The notes beneath the pieces were generated by a model, which ran no database searches, was not told the DNA's origin, and worked only from the letters and a program-made list of their open reading frames with translations. Position numbers and translations under genes: made by a program. Positions 1 through 13,239 of a DNA stretch of 64,000 nucleotides are shown piece after piece. This stretch comes from the human T2T-CHM13v2.0 reference genome, Homo sapiens, in assembly GCF_009914755.1 (NCBI RefSeq), contig NC_060930.1; one strand, written 5' to 3'. Position 1 is the stretch's first letter. Every line of letters begins with the position of its first letter.

Positions 1-1492
1 AGCCCTGCCTCAGTTTCCCTCCCACCACTCAGCTTTTTCGCAACATGCCTCCCTTCTCTTTTTTGTAAAAGAGGAACTATCATTATTACTGTCATTATTA
101 CTAGCATAAGAGGTGGCCTCTTTTAATTGAGCAAGGCACTTGCAGGCTGTGCAGCCCTTTATTGCCAGTCGGTGATCCAGCTTCATTTTTCTTAGCCCTT
201 ATTCAAACTGGAGTCGCTCTGGTTTGAATGCTTACCACATACCTCCCCTTTCCCTTTTACAGGAGGACCCTTAATCCTAGGGGTTGCAGAAGGATGAAGG
301 TCCATCTTCTGTAACTTCTTCATGCTGAATAGGGGCAATGATACTCCTGCCTAATTATTAGGGTCTCTTTTATTCAGGGTAGAGAGGAGCTGAGTCAGAA
401 AGCATTGGTCCATTAAGCATCGTGACTCTGGTCGGTCTTCGTTCCATCTTCGCAATCAGATTCAAGTGGCTCATGGCTCGTACTGGGGGAACCCGGTCCA
501 TGGTTGGGATCCATGCTCCCGTTCCATGGTCGTACACATCTTGAGGGCATCCACACGGTTTGTTCATCTCCTGCAAAAACACAAGCATACCCTCTCCCCC
601 ACGTTAGTAAATCTACTGAAACAGAAGCAAAAACTTGTTGTGGTTGTAGCTAGGAGGCATGCCGTTGCTGAAACATTCGTTAACTCGGTTTCTGCCTCTT
701 TGGTTAATTACCGTGAGGTAAAACTTTCTACTGATAATGAGAAACAGGCCTTCTCTGATTAACAGAAGGCATAGAGAAAGCAAATCGAGGCTTTTCAGAC
801 CTTCAATTCGTGCTGTACAGGCGGGTCCACTAGATGCTGTGGCTCATGATAGATCTTCAGATGTTTGGTGGGCACCCACACAGGCACCTGATTGTCACCT
901 GGAGAGACACAAGCAGATCCTCTTCCCCATAAAATTATCTTTAGGCAGGGATTGGAGGAAGTAGATTCAGAGGTAAGGAAAATTTTGGGGGCCTAATGGC
1001 TTCCTAATGATTGATAGGTGTTCCCTCGGAAGTTAGGAATTCCCTTTCTCTCCATATTGCTGCGTGGGCATGGAGGACTAGGTAAGCATACTAAGAGTCT
1101 ATATGTATATTTACTCGTTTTCCTTCTCCTAATTGGAGTCAAAGGATTGAGAAAAAGACAGTGAGAGATAAAAAGGTGGGACACTAGGGTGTCATCACTA
1201 TTGTATGGAGGCTGTGAAGGCCCTGAGCTCTGGGGGCCCACGGTATTTATTGGTAATCCAACAAAGAAACAGGTGGTGAGAATGTGGAGGTCAAAAGAGC
1301 ACGTTGCATTAAGCACATGATTTACAGCTGTGATGGCTTAGCATTTATATGGAGCATGTTCTGCTACTTGAGATAATAGGAATAGGAGCCTAGGAGGGCT
1401 AGAAGCAAGGAGCCAGCAAGTCTAGACACATTCCAAAGGACTATGCAAGCCCTGCCTCAGTTTCCCTCCCAACACTCAGCTTTTTCCCAACA
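1..1492 (-). mobile_element. Internally deleted endogenous retrovirus, HERV-K14/HML-1-like LTRs with hybrid internal region; 3' LTR runs off the window
   Basis: The LTR start is repeated at 1-45 and 1448-1492 (2 mismatches in 45 nt; minus strand TGTTG.GAAAAAGCTGAGTG). A polypurine tract at 46-66 abuts the 3' LTR. The minus strand translates to an RNase H remnant (992-1134) and two integrase C-terminal remnants (796-941, ~522-617). Family name from recall. Confidence 0.8.
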
Positions 1493-1804
1493 AATAATAA
1501 TAAGACAAAAAATACATATTCATATTTATATCTACATAAACACTACAAATATAAGAAGTGAATAAAGTGGTCACCTATGGGGCTTGGGGTAGACAGGGAT
1601 GTAAGAAGGAAACTTCTTATTATATGCCTTTTAAAATATAATTTTGATGTTTGAATCATATAAATGTATTACCTATTCCAAATATTAAAATAATTTAAAG
1701 ATAGATATATATACAATATAAAATGTATTTCTCCCACCCCATTCCATTCCCTGGAAGTAACCATTTGGATCTGTTTCTTTTATAGCCTTTCAGAGTAGTT
1801 TATT

Positions 1805-2220
1805 GTATAACATTAGTCAAGGTTCTTCAGAGAAACAGAACCAAAATGTGTGTATTATACATAGAGATCTGTTTTAAAGAATTGGCTCATGTGATTGTTA
1901 AGGGCTGGCAGGTCTGAAATTTTCAGGACAGGCTGTCAGGCTGGAGACTGGGGAAAGAGTGGGTATTGCAGTATCAAGCCTGAAGAAAGTCTGAAGGTAG
2001 AATCCTTCTTCCTTAAGAGACCTCTGTGATTTTCTCTTAAGGCCTTCACCTGATTGGATGAGGCCCACCCACATTATGGAGCATAATCTGCTCTACTCAG
2101 AGTCTACTGATATAAATGTTAATCACATCTTAAAATACCTTAATAGCAACATCAAGGCTGCTGTTTGACCAAAAGCTGCGTACCATGGATGGCCACACCA
2201 AGTTGAAACATAACCATCAT
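1805..2220 (-). mobile_element. MLT2-like (ERVL) solo LTR
   Basis: Characteristic terminus TTAGTCAAGGTTCTTCAGAGAAACAGAACC and internal CTGATTGGATGAGGCCCACCCACATTATGGAG. Confidence 0.7.
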
Positions 2221-4022
2221 ACCCATGTACAATCATAGTATCTATCAATATCTATATTTACTTTTGTAATAGAAATGGTAACATGTCATATACACTGATA
2301 CACACCTTGTTTTAGGTAACAACAGTCCATGTTTTGAAGGAGAACTCTCTAAAGAAATACACCTTTAAAGTATAAGAAAATTGGTAAGTCTGTACTGTGG
2401 GGGAAAAGACATGATTAATATAAAAAGGGAAACAACAGCTCGGAAACACATTTGATAGTTATTAATGTCCACCTTACATAAAGACTCCCACAAATTGAAA
2501 AAAAGAAAAACACTGATACCACATATCACAGAAATCCAGTTCACAAAAGAAAAGCTACAGACAGGAAGAAAATATTGAAAAATGTTCAAGCCCTTAACGC
2601 TGAAAGGAACGCAAATGGAGTCAGGTAAAACTTTATATAAACTAAAAGGATAAGCAAGTTTGTTATGAAACTTAAGACACAAACTGCAATGCTGACGTCA
2701 CAGCAAACTAGTCAGTCTTTCAAGAGCCATTAGGCAGGATGAATCACAAGCTATAAAATCATGCCCCTTGGCCCAGTAATCCCTTTTCTGGGAACTAATC
2801 TTGAGGAAATAATTCGAACCATAGTGAAAGGCCTACACTGTATGGATAGTTACTGTAACATCATTCATACAATTAAAGAAATACAAACAAACTAAATATC
2901 CTGACAGCATAGGAATACAGGCTAATTATGGTTTATTAACTTCATGAAATGTAGCTGTTAAACACGACTACAAGGACTAGCAATGTGGTAAAAGTATATA
3001 ATGTTAAATACAACAGTTATGGCTTGGCTCTGATGGCAATGAAAAGAAAGCTGTATAAACGATGTACACTTGTGGACAAGAACAGATAGGAATGTAGAAA
3101 CCTTAAAAATGGTTTGATCTGTTAGGATATCAGAATTGTCGGTGGTATTTCTGTTTTTGTTTTAGTCCTATTAATATTATTGCAATTTTATGTAATTATA
3201 AATTTTAAAAATCATAAGTTAACGTTATCCCAACAGTAGCCTCAAATTCAAATTATCATTTAGTGATTAGAAGATACTTTAAGAATCATTTGATTATATT
3301 CATTGCCCTTTCTCCTGTTGTGATGGTTATAGTATGAACCTTGGAGGATATTTCAGGAGCTGCAGTTTTCACAGCTCTCATTCTCTTCCCAGGAACTAGG
3401 CATATTTCTATTGATTAAGCCTGGAAAGATACTTTGGAAACTTCATTCAGTAAATGTGTATAAGACAGCAGAGAAGTTGGAAGCAAAGAACATTCCTGCG
3501 TCAATAAAATTAGATTTCTTTCTAATATTAAAATAGTAGCCAGTATTATTCCTGACACTTTCTAGTTGTCAAAGATGTTTTATTACAATTACAATGCAAT
3601 AGTACTTTGATCTACATAAAGACCCGTTGTAGTATTGTTTATCTTTGTTCCTAGCTAAAGCTTCAGATCTACATTTTTTTCCTCAATGAATACAAGTATC
3701 CAATAAATGAAGACTCAATGAGGAAAAAATATTTGGTATAAATATTTCATTGTGTTTTTCAGTTTTACATTCCATCTCTTGATCTTTCCCTCAAATTGAA
3801 AGACAGTTTTAACAGTTTCGCAGTGCCTGTGGACTTTTACTTTATTTGTTGGCTCTTAATTTTGAGTATGGAAGTAGAGATAACCTTGATAATGGGAAAT
3901 TTTCAAATTAGTAAAATGGATTTGCCAAGCAGGGAAAAGATGGTTTATGTACTGAAGTCCACACTAGCACCTGCCAAGAAAGTGGACATGGTGTTAACAT
4001 CTGTCACAAACGTGTTTTTCAG

Positions 4023-4170
4023 GGTGGATCATTTGTACACATTCTTTGTTCAGTGGTCTCCCGATGTCTATGGAAAAGATGCCAAAGAGCAAGGCTTTGT
4101 GGTGGTGGAGAAGGAAGAACTGAACATGATTGACAACTTCTTCAGTGAGCCAACAACCAAGAGCTGGGAG
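4023..4170 (+). CDS. NCOA7: NCOA7 long-isoform internal coding exon (VDHLYTFFVQWSPDVYGKDAKEQGFVVVEKEELNMIDNFFSEPTTKSWE)
   Basis: Acceptor TTTTTCAG at 4015-4022 and donor GTGAGC at 4171. The exon ends in phase 0 and joins in frame to 9633. Peptide matches the NCOA7/OXR1 pre-TLDc region. Confidence 0.93.
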
Positions 4171-4429
4171 GTGAGCACTTGGGCAGGGTTAGACCGTCGT
4201 AGTTCCTAAGGTACAGTAAGCAGTCTCGCATTCAGATTCCATGTAACAGGCTGGTAAGAAACTAGAGTCCCTGTGCACCTATGAAATTACAGAGGAAAAT
4301 AACTTTATTCCTCCGTTTGAAAAAAAACACCACCACCAGCACCACCGCTATGTACACAGGCACACAGTTCATTCTGACCACACTAGATGAATCTACTTAT
4401 ATTCTTACTCATAGCTCCATGCCTTAGTT

Positions 4430-5095
4430 CAGAGCTCAGCAAATTTTTTTTTGTAAAGGGCAAGATAATAAATATATTTGGCTTTGTAGGCCATACAGTT
4501 CCTGTTGCAGGTACTCATAGCTGCCATTATAGAACAGAAGCAACCATAGTATGTAAATGAATGAGCATGACTGTGTTTCATTTCACATAGTTATTATGTG
4601 TCACAAAATATTGTTATTAATTTTTATTGAATCCCTTAAAAAATATGAAATCTTTCTTAGCTTAAGTGCCATACAAAAACAGGTGGTAGACTGGCTTTGG
4701 CTGACAAGCTGATATAGTTTGGCTCCACGTCCCCATGCAAATCATATCATAATTATAATCCCCAAATGTCAAGGGAGGCACCTGGTGGGAGGTGATTGGA
4801 TCATGGGGACAGTTTCCCCGTGCTGTTCTCATGATAGTGAGGGAGTTCTCACAAGATCTGATGGTTTTAAAAGTGGCAGTTTCCGCTACGCTCGCTCGCT
4901 CTCCTGCCGCCTTGTGAAGAAGGTGCTTACCTCTCCTTTGCCTTCTGCCATGATTGTAAGTTTCCCAAGGCCTCCCCAGCTATGTGGAACTGTGAGCCAA
5001 TTAAACCTCTTTTGTTTGTAAATTACTCAGTTTCAGGTAGCATCTTTATAGCAGTGTGAAAACGGACTAATACACAAGCTGTAGTTTGCCAGACC
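4430..5095. mobile_element. MER58-like hAT-Charlie DNA transposon, interrupted by an MST LTR
   Basis: MER58-type text (TGTAAAGGGCAAGATAATAAATATATTTGGCTTTG...TACAAAAACAGGTGG) resumes after the LTR as TGTAGTTTGCC. Confidence 0.6.
4710..5074 (+). mobile_element. MST-family MaLR solo LTR
   Basis: TGATATAGTTTGG...GGACTAATACA termini, with 5-bp TSD CAAGC at 4705-4709 and 5075-5079. Confidence 0.85.
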
Positions 5096-6249
5096 TCAGT
5101 TCCCTTCATCCAGTCAGGCAAGCATGTATCAAGTACTTCTTTAGGCGAGGGCCCTGGAAATACAATGATGGATAACATAGGCTCTCAATACTTAACAAGC
5201 TTGCAGCACTGGGAAATTGGGAGATGAGACTAGGAAAAATAGGTCTACCCCTCCTTCCTGTTCTGCTGCTCTCTTGAACCCCACTTAGCATTTCTTCTTT
5301 CCCAGCTTAGACAGATGGTAAATGAATTCAAACACATCCTTACCAGGACTCCTGAGTTCCTCCACCCCTCTCCCATCTACTGCACCCATCTAGCCTGCGT
5401 GCAATCCTGGATGAACCCACCCTCACACTTTTCTGCTCCTAGGCAGCCAAGCATTGCTGGAGAGAACCTGTCCACCAGGGAGAATGGTGCCATTACAAAT
5501 ACATGGTTCTGAATTCATCTGTGTCCATGTATAAGTGGCCCTGCAATACTAATTTAAACTCTTCACTCAATCTGTAGTTGCTTTTTTGATGTATGGTAGA
5601 TGATATTTTTAATAGTCAATTTTTTTCCAGCACTATTTAATGATTTCCAATGTTTCCTTCATCATGTTGAAAGATCTTACATATGGACTGTGGGGCTGTA
5701 TAACTTGTCATTTAAATATACAAGCAAGCTTGGATACTCTGTGCTTAAAAGCTTCAGTGGCCTCCTTATTGACTCTGCTGATTCTTACCCACCTGTTAGA
5801 ATAACTACCTGGGAATTTTAAAAAACTGAATCCTAGATCCTTATTACTAGAGACATTAATTCAGTAGGTCTGGAGGGAGGAATGTTAGAATCTGTATTTT
5901 TCAAAGCTCCCAGATGATTTCCAAACAGTTATGTTTTGGAAACACTGACCTGTAGGGTAAGTTTTAAGCTCCTTCGTGGCATCAGGGCTCTTCTTTTTCT
6001 CTGCTCCTCCTACCTTTTCTGTCTCATCTACCTTCCTCATCACTGCTTTCCTTGCTGTCTCTTCTCCAGCCAATGTGAACCCAGAATCCATCTCTGCATT
6101 CCTGCTGTGCCCTGTCCCTGGAACATCTTCTCACACCCTATCCTTGCTCTCAAACTGAAGCACCATCTCCTCTGTGAATAAGCTATCTCAGAACCCCCCA
6201 GGTCACCCCAACCTCCTTTGAGTGTCTGCTGTAGATTTTGGCATCTGTA

Positions 6250-6868
6250 TCCTATAAACCAAAAACAATGCCTGAGACAGATCTCAATCAATTTAGAGGT
6301 TTATTTTGCTAAGGTTGAGGATGCATCTGGTTAGGGAGGGAAAAAGAGACACAAGCCACAGTAGGATCTGTGTCCTGCACTTTTTCCAAAGAGGGTTTTG
6401 AGGGCTTCAGTATTTAAAGGGGGAAAAGTGGGCTGGAGAGGAAGGAGAAAAGAGGAGGGTAGAAAAAATGAGACAAACGGTTACTTTCTTGTGAGTCTTT
6501 GATTAGTGTGCACTGAATCCAAATGTTGCATGTGCAAAGGAGAGGGTAGAGGAACCCTCAATCATGTATGCCTTGTGCGCAGTAAATCTGCACTTTACAT
6601 AAGATGAAGTAAACAGAGTCGTGGAAGAAGTCCAGTATGCATTGGTCTGGAGGTGAGCAGTAAGGTCAATTTCTAGTCTGCTCTTGTTTCCGACTTGTGA
6701 AAATAAGCTGTTAATTTACATTGTCCAGGTGAGGGAGACCACCTGGGGAGACAGCTGTTTAGAAACAAAAGGAAAGATGGTTTTTGTTTGTGTGGCTCAG
6801 TTTCAAAGCTTAATTTTCCCTTTTTTTGTAGTGAGTTTGTGATCCCAAGATTTTATTTTCCTTTTACA
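6250..6868 (-). mobile_element. ERV1 (MER4-group-like) solo LTR
   Basis: TCTCAATCAATTTAGAGGTTTATTTTGCTAAGGTTGAGG and terminal TTTATTTTCCTTTTACA resemble MER4-group LTRs; subfamily not resolved. Confidence 0.55.
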
Positions 6869-7900
6869 ATCACATGGAATGGCACCCATTTATTTAGAAT
6901 TGTTTCTCTACTGTCTCCTCACCTGCTGGAGACTGTGAGCAGCTTTATGTCTCTGTGCCTGGCAAAGCACCTGGCACCCACCATCATATAGGAAATAATA
7001 AATGTCCGCTGTCCTGGAGTCCCAGGGGCCCAGAGGAGAGTGTTGTCTTGCTGGCATTCTGTCCCAGGTTGTGCTCAGGCTGTTGCATTGAGAGTCAGTT
7101 CTGCTGGCCGTGGACTGGTCTCTAAGTATCTGCTAGAGTCTTCTTTATAACCCCCAGTGTGAGCAATACAATACACTCTGATCCCCGCAGCTGTGCCCAA
7201 GACTGAAAGGCCACTTCGGATCTGGAAGAATCACAGAAATATCACTGAAAATTGATCCAGTGCTGATCTGTATTTCTTTCTAACCTCCTGACATGTGATC
7301 TGAAGTGTAGAGGAGGACTCATCCTGCTTATTAGTCATTAAAACTAATTCCAAAATGTAAAAAGATAAGTATTACTCTGCCAACTGTTTTATAAAACTAC
7401 ATGTAAGATGACATCTTTCACAACCTCATGTAAACCAGATGTTTTCCCATTCTTTTAAGTCCCTCCCACCAACAAACATGACATAGTATTGAAGTGAAAT
7501 GCCGTTTGTTCTAACTGTAATGAAGCCTACCTCCACCGAAGGCTCCTTTTCATCCTTCCTTTGAGATTCAAGCTTATACCAGGGATCACACGTACCATTT
7601 TAAATGGAGCTTTAGCCTTAAAGAAGGTGCTGGGGGCGGGGGAGAAAAAAAAAAGAAAAAAAACTCTGAAAAGGCAGGGCTAGAAAAGCTAGGTTCACTG
7701 GAGGGACGATTAGGAAAAAAAGTATAAGAAGGAAAAGAAAAAAAATGAACAATGGGGTTTTATCATAGTGTTGGGAAACCACCGTTTCAAAGGTGAAAGT
7801 GTCCTTTTACAGTCTCACAGCGATGCCTGGCAGGAAGTGTGTTTGCTCTAAATCCTAATTTGGGTGTGTTCCTGTAGAAATGTTGAAACTTCTCCTGAGG

Positions 7901-7912
7901 GAAACAGAAACT
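7901..7912 (+). promoter_or_regulatory. ISRE in the internal promoter of the short NCOA7 isoform
   Basis: GAAACAGAAACT matches GAAANNGAAACT exactly, ~135 nt upstream of the ATG at 8047. An ETS core CAGGAAGTG (7831-7839) and an IRF-like AAAGGTGAAAGT (7789-7800) lie nearby. Confidence 0.75.
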
Positions 7913-8046
7913 CAATCATGCAGGAAACTAGATACTGAGAAAACAGTTGTAGCTCAGCGTGGCTACAAGTAACTGTGGTGTGGAAGCAGAGTAGAGAGAA
8001 AACTTGTTCCTCATTAGAGAGAGAGCCACACTTCTCACTGCTCACA

Positions 8047-8121
8047 ATGAGAGGCCAAAGATTACCCTTGGACATCCAGATTTTCTATTGTGCCAGACCT
8101 GACGAAGAGCCTTTTGTGAAG
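8047..8121 (+). CDS. NCOA7: Alternative first coding exon of the short interferon-inducible NCOA7 isoform (NCOA7-AS): [25 protein letters not shown]
   Basis: ATG at 8047, 25 codons, strong donor AAG|GTATGT at 8122, phase 0 into exon 9633. Joined to the downstream exons it gives a 219-aa TLDc protein. Confidence 0.92.
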
Positions 8122-9247
8122 GTATGTTGGAGTGCGTCCCGAGGGCTAATAAGGTGCTGGTGAATTCTCAGTGATGTACCTCCGAGTTTCTTTTGAAAGT
8201 CGTTCTAATTAGAAAGGATTGTGCTGACATTTCTACCAGCAGGTGTTTTATTCATTGCGGAGAGGGTTATGGTGTGGTTGCCTCTTCTCATTGGAGCCAG
8301 AAATCCATATTTGATTTTTTTTCATTCCACAGCCTCATTTTATACTTGTGATAAACACAGAGTTTGCTGAAAACAGAGTGTTTTATTTCATTCATTTAAA
8401 ATGCTTGGTTTGTGATTCTTGATAGTGTTTTCACTACGGAAACACTCCCCCAGAAAATGGTAAAATTAGTAAGCTTAATTTTCTTACTTGTAAATCTGGC
8501 TCAGACGCCAGCGGGTACTTTGTATCTGTCATTGTGCATTTTGGAAATTGAGTAGTGCACTACTGCCTGACAACTTGCACTGGATTTAACTTAAATGTTT
8601 TTCTCTATAATATAAAATCATTAATACTAGTACATTTTGGTGAATTAGTTGTCTAATATAATCCTTCACTTGATCTTACACAAAAGGCCAAGAAGCCTAA
8701 TATACACTCTTCAATCTGAAAGTAATCCAGTGATTTATCCATAATTTAAGAAGGGCCAAAAATGGATTTTAGAGTAAAATGAACTTTGGTAATTCATAAG
8801 CATAGCTAGAGTTAAATAATAAATGTTTTGTACAATATGATGTTTCTAGGTTTAGAAGGGGAGACTATTTTTATCATCTCTGAACAGTACATAAATAATT
8901 GTAACCTAGTTGTAATTTAGACTAAAGCTTCACACTTCTTTGTACTCATGCTCCTGGTAGCTGTTATCATTCGTTATTTCTAACAGAAGTGGTTTCTATG
9001 TGCACAACCTTAAGAGAAAACATCAGGAACCTGATTAAAAACTATCCTCATCACCGCAAACTCCCTATTTATAGAAGACTTACCTACTGAATGATCTCCG
9101 ATTAGTCCTTTAACAATTCAGATCCTAAATCTAAAGGCTAAAAGAGAATCATTTAGGGCATTTCAAAGGTAGAAATCTTCTGGTGTTATATACTATTCTC
9201 AGTGACCGAGCAATCAGCAGCTATACTAAAACTGGAAAACTCGTGAC

Positions 9248-9398
9248 TTTATTTATTTATTTATTTTATTTCTATATAGAGATAGGGGTCCCATCATGTT
9301 GCTCAGGCTAGTCTCAAACTCCTGGGCTCAAGCCATCTTCCTCCTGCCTTGGCCTCCCAAAGTGCTGGGCATACAGGCATGAGCCACCACGTCTAGCC
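9248..9398 (-). mobile_element. FLAM/Alu monomer
   Basis: Single Alu left-arm sequence with a (TTTA)n tail. Confidence 0.8.
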
Positions 9399-9632
9399 TT
9401 GTGACTTGTGACTTTAATTTATACATATTAACTGCCTCGATTGTACTGTCTTTAATTGTGCATTTGTTCTGAAACTGAAAAATTAGCCATTTCCCCAAAG
9501 TCCTGTTCAGTTGATTTCCTGCTGCCGAAGCGTCACCTTTTCAAGCAGCGGTGTCCCTAGAGTGATTTTTTAAATTAGCAGTTAGAAGAAAAGCCAATAA
9601 GTTATTTTTCTTGGCTTGTTTTCTCATTTCAG

Positions 9633-9758
9633 ATCATCACTGTTGAAGAGGCAAAGCGCAGGAAGAGCACATGCAGCTACTATGAAGACGAGGACGAAGA
9701 GGTGCTGCCTGTCCTACGGCCCCACAGCGCGCTCCTGGAGAATATGCACATCGAGCAG
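9633..9758 (+). CDS. NCOA7: NCOA7 coding exon ([42 protein letters not shown]), shared by long and short isoforms
   Basis: Acceptor CTCATTTCAG, donor CAG|GTGGGC, 126 nt, phase 0-0. Confidence 0.95.
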
Positions 9759-9817
9759 GTGGGCTCGCCCTGGCCACCAAGGGTGGGGGTTCCTAGGCTT
9801 TAAGAAATATTTCCCTT

Positions 9818-10194
<377 letters not shown>

Positions 10195-11371
10195 CTAAGG
10201 CCAGTGCCCCCTGCTCTGCCTCTGAAAAGTCGCATTCCCTGCTGACTTCTTAGTAGTATGAGGAGTTGGTCAGACACTAACATCCTTCTCTCAAACCTGA
10301 AGAAAAAGCCATTTCTAATCTTAAAAAAATAAAAATTTTAAGCGTCCTACCATAGTCCTAATATGCTTTAAAAAGGATCCAAATTTATCCTTGTAATTAT
10401 TGCAGAGTTCCCATAGCTTTGATGTATAGGGCTCAATAAAAGTAATACAGCAAAGGCACTCTACTTGCTTTATGAAAAATACCTACCTACAGGACAATTT
10501 TTCCTTTTTCTATGATTTTCTTTGTGTATTTTAGTTTCTGAATGTTTACTTGAAATTCATGAAATATTATAATGCACTTATGTTTGAACTGTAGTAAGGA
10601 ATCCCTGGCATTTCCCTCATCAGTCAGCTTAGAGACATGAATTTTAGAGACCTTAAATAATCATTAAGTTTGGCTCCCTAGTTTACTGAGGAACCAGTAA
10701 AGACCCAAGACAGCCAAGAAGCTTGACCAAGTAATTATAGAGTGTGGGATTCACACTGACACTGAAACTGATTTTAAGCACTCTGAAGACTCAGCACTTC
10801 ATGGCCTCCTTTGGTAATATTCTTGAAGAGATATACATTATTGGTTATTTATGGCCAAGTTTAAATATTGATGCAGGTAAAAGATATAGGTGCAATAAGA
10901 ACAGATGACACCTGACTTCTAACACTAAACGTCCCTGTTTTTTTGCCCTCACTTCTGTGCAAAGCTGCAGCTCTCAGTAGCAGTTTTGAGCCTCTGAGTG
11001 TTTAGAAAGAAAAATTGGGAAAATATGAACTGTTTGGTAAAAGCCAGGTTGAAGTGGAAAGGAAGGGCATGTGTCTAGTTTATGCCTCTTTATCCAGCTT
11101 GATCTGTGTCTTCAAATATATAGCAGGATAGGGAGTCCATAGTCATGTCCCTGAATGGGAAGACACCTCCTGGCCAGTATCCTTGCCAAGGTAAACACTG
11201 TCAAATGATCATTTTCTTGGTTTAGAATAGCAAATATTTGCCAGAATAAGGAGGGGCACTATGTGAGTGTATGATACTGAGTTTGAATAACAGGCATTTG
11301 TTTTGTGCCACATGTTCGTGAGCAATTTGTGGGTGAACCTTCTGTTTACATCTCTTCCTTTGGCTTTGTAG

Positions 11372-11524
11372 CTGGCCCGACGCCTTCCTGCAAGGGTGCA
11401 AGGGTATCCATGGAGACTGGCCTATAGCACGTTAGAGCACGGGACCAGCTTAAAGACGCTCTACCGGAAATCGGCATCACTAGACAGTCCTGTCCTATTG
11501 GTCATCAAAGATATGGATAATCAG
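11372..11524 (+). CDS. NCOA7: NCOA7 TLDc exon (LARRLPARVQGYPWRLAYSTLEHGTSLKTLYRKSASLDSPVLLVIKDMDNQ)
   Basis: Acceptor CTTTGTAG, donor CAG|GTGAGG, 153 nt. Contains the TLDc motif W.L.YST..HG.SLKTLYR. Confidence 0.96.
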
Positions 11525-13239
11525 GTGAGGCCTGTCCCTCTCATAAAGAATATTTTTTAATAATTTTTCAAAATTCCCAACAGTAGAGAGACTAGTACCA
11601 TATACTTCCATCACCCAGATTCCACAGTTAACAGGATTTTGCCTTCTGTGTCTTTTATCTTTGTTTTTTCTCTGCTGAAATATTTTGAAGTAAATCCCAA
11701 TCATTATGGCATTTCACCCCTACATATTTCAGGATCATCTCCAAAATGCAAATGGATCATACTTCCAAATACAGTCACATTCTAAGGAGCTTTTTTCTAT
11801 CACCATGAAGTGGAAAAGTATAATGATATCCCACAGCCTAAAAACTGGAAAGTTGGGGTGGAGTGAGATCTGGATTTGGAAACAGTTGCAGAAATAAGTT
11901 CCAGTGCCATACCAGTGCCTTTCCCAGGTAGCCAAAGTAGTGCCCACAAACCTTGCCTGCATTTTGGATGTGATGGAGAGTCAGTCAAGGCCATAGTGTG
12001 TTGTGCCTGAGGGGCCCAATTGTTAAGAAACCACAGAGAATACACTGTACCGTTCTTGATTGTACTTTTGCCTGTGTTACAGTTGGTCTTTCTTGGAGGA
12101 ACTAGTGAAAACTAGTTATTACCCCTTGTCCCTGCACTGTTATCTCTTCCCGTAAGTCAGCTCAGAATGGGAGTGGAATCTGTCCAGGTTTTTTTCGGTC
12201 ACTTTCCTGTCAGTCTCTTGCATCACGAAAGGAAGACATCATTCACATCTGCTCATTGCTCATTTCAGTTTGACCTGTGTTCTGTTAGAAATTCCTCTAA
12301 GATTTTAAGATGCAGCATTGAGCAGATTTTCTGTCACTGAAGCAGATTTTACTCAACATTTATTCATTCATTCATTCATTTATTCATCCACTCAGCAAAT
12401 ATCTAATTAGAGCCTGTTAGGCGCTAGGCACTGTTAAGCATTGGGGAGCTTACTGTGAAGCACAACATTTTTATACTGAGACATGTCCACGTTGTAATGA
12501 GCCATATACATGGGATCATTTTACAGGAAATAGAACTTTGCTGTCATGATTTGCCTTGGGAAAAATTAGGGAACAAATGGGGGTACCAAAGACACTGTCT
12601 TTCTTAGCAGTGATCTTTGTGACTTTATCGTAATATTATTGTAGCTTAAGAGTTGTGGGAATTAATTTAGCTGTCATTGTTACTATTGTTATTTCCTGAT
12701 TGCTGACATTTTGCTTAATAAAGATCCAAGCTGAAAGGTGGGTAGAGTCAAGATAAAAAAATTAAAATAATGATAACAGTTGGTTTAAAAGAGACTTAGG
12801 AATTTAGTGAAATGTTCCAGAATTGGATGTTATATTTTGGATGAGGTATGGCTATATTATCTTAGAGCACACATACAGACTCTCACCTAAGTATAGATTA
12901 TTTGTCCTATTTACTTACCAAAATATCACACTTGTTGAGGAATGTGATGGTTCACACAGAACAGGTATTGATGAAGCACAGTTTTACCAAACTTCCTGTG
13001 CGATTTGTAAAGGAGGCCTACAACTGAAGGTTGCAGTCTTGTCACTGGGTGGAGTCTTGCTGAATCATGTACCCTGGAGGCACTTGTGTCATTTGAGGAC
13101 AACCAGACACTAACTTTGCTTTCTGCACCCCATCTACCCCGAAGGGGAAACTGTGGCTTTGCTGTGTTTGAGAACATGATAGAACAACACCTGCAAATGT
13201 GTCTGAAAATGAATTATATGACATTCTAATATAAAAATA

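Noticed and set aside
3796-4209. 137-aa ORF as a standalone gene
   Set aside because: Only 4023-4170 is coding (NCOA7 exon); the rest is open intronic flank.
12823-13224. Cluster of ORFs in unique intronic sequence as a cryptic exon or gene
   Set aside because: No recognisable homology and no convincing paired splice sites.
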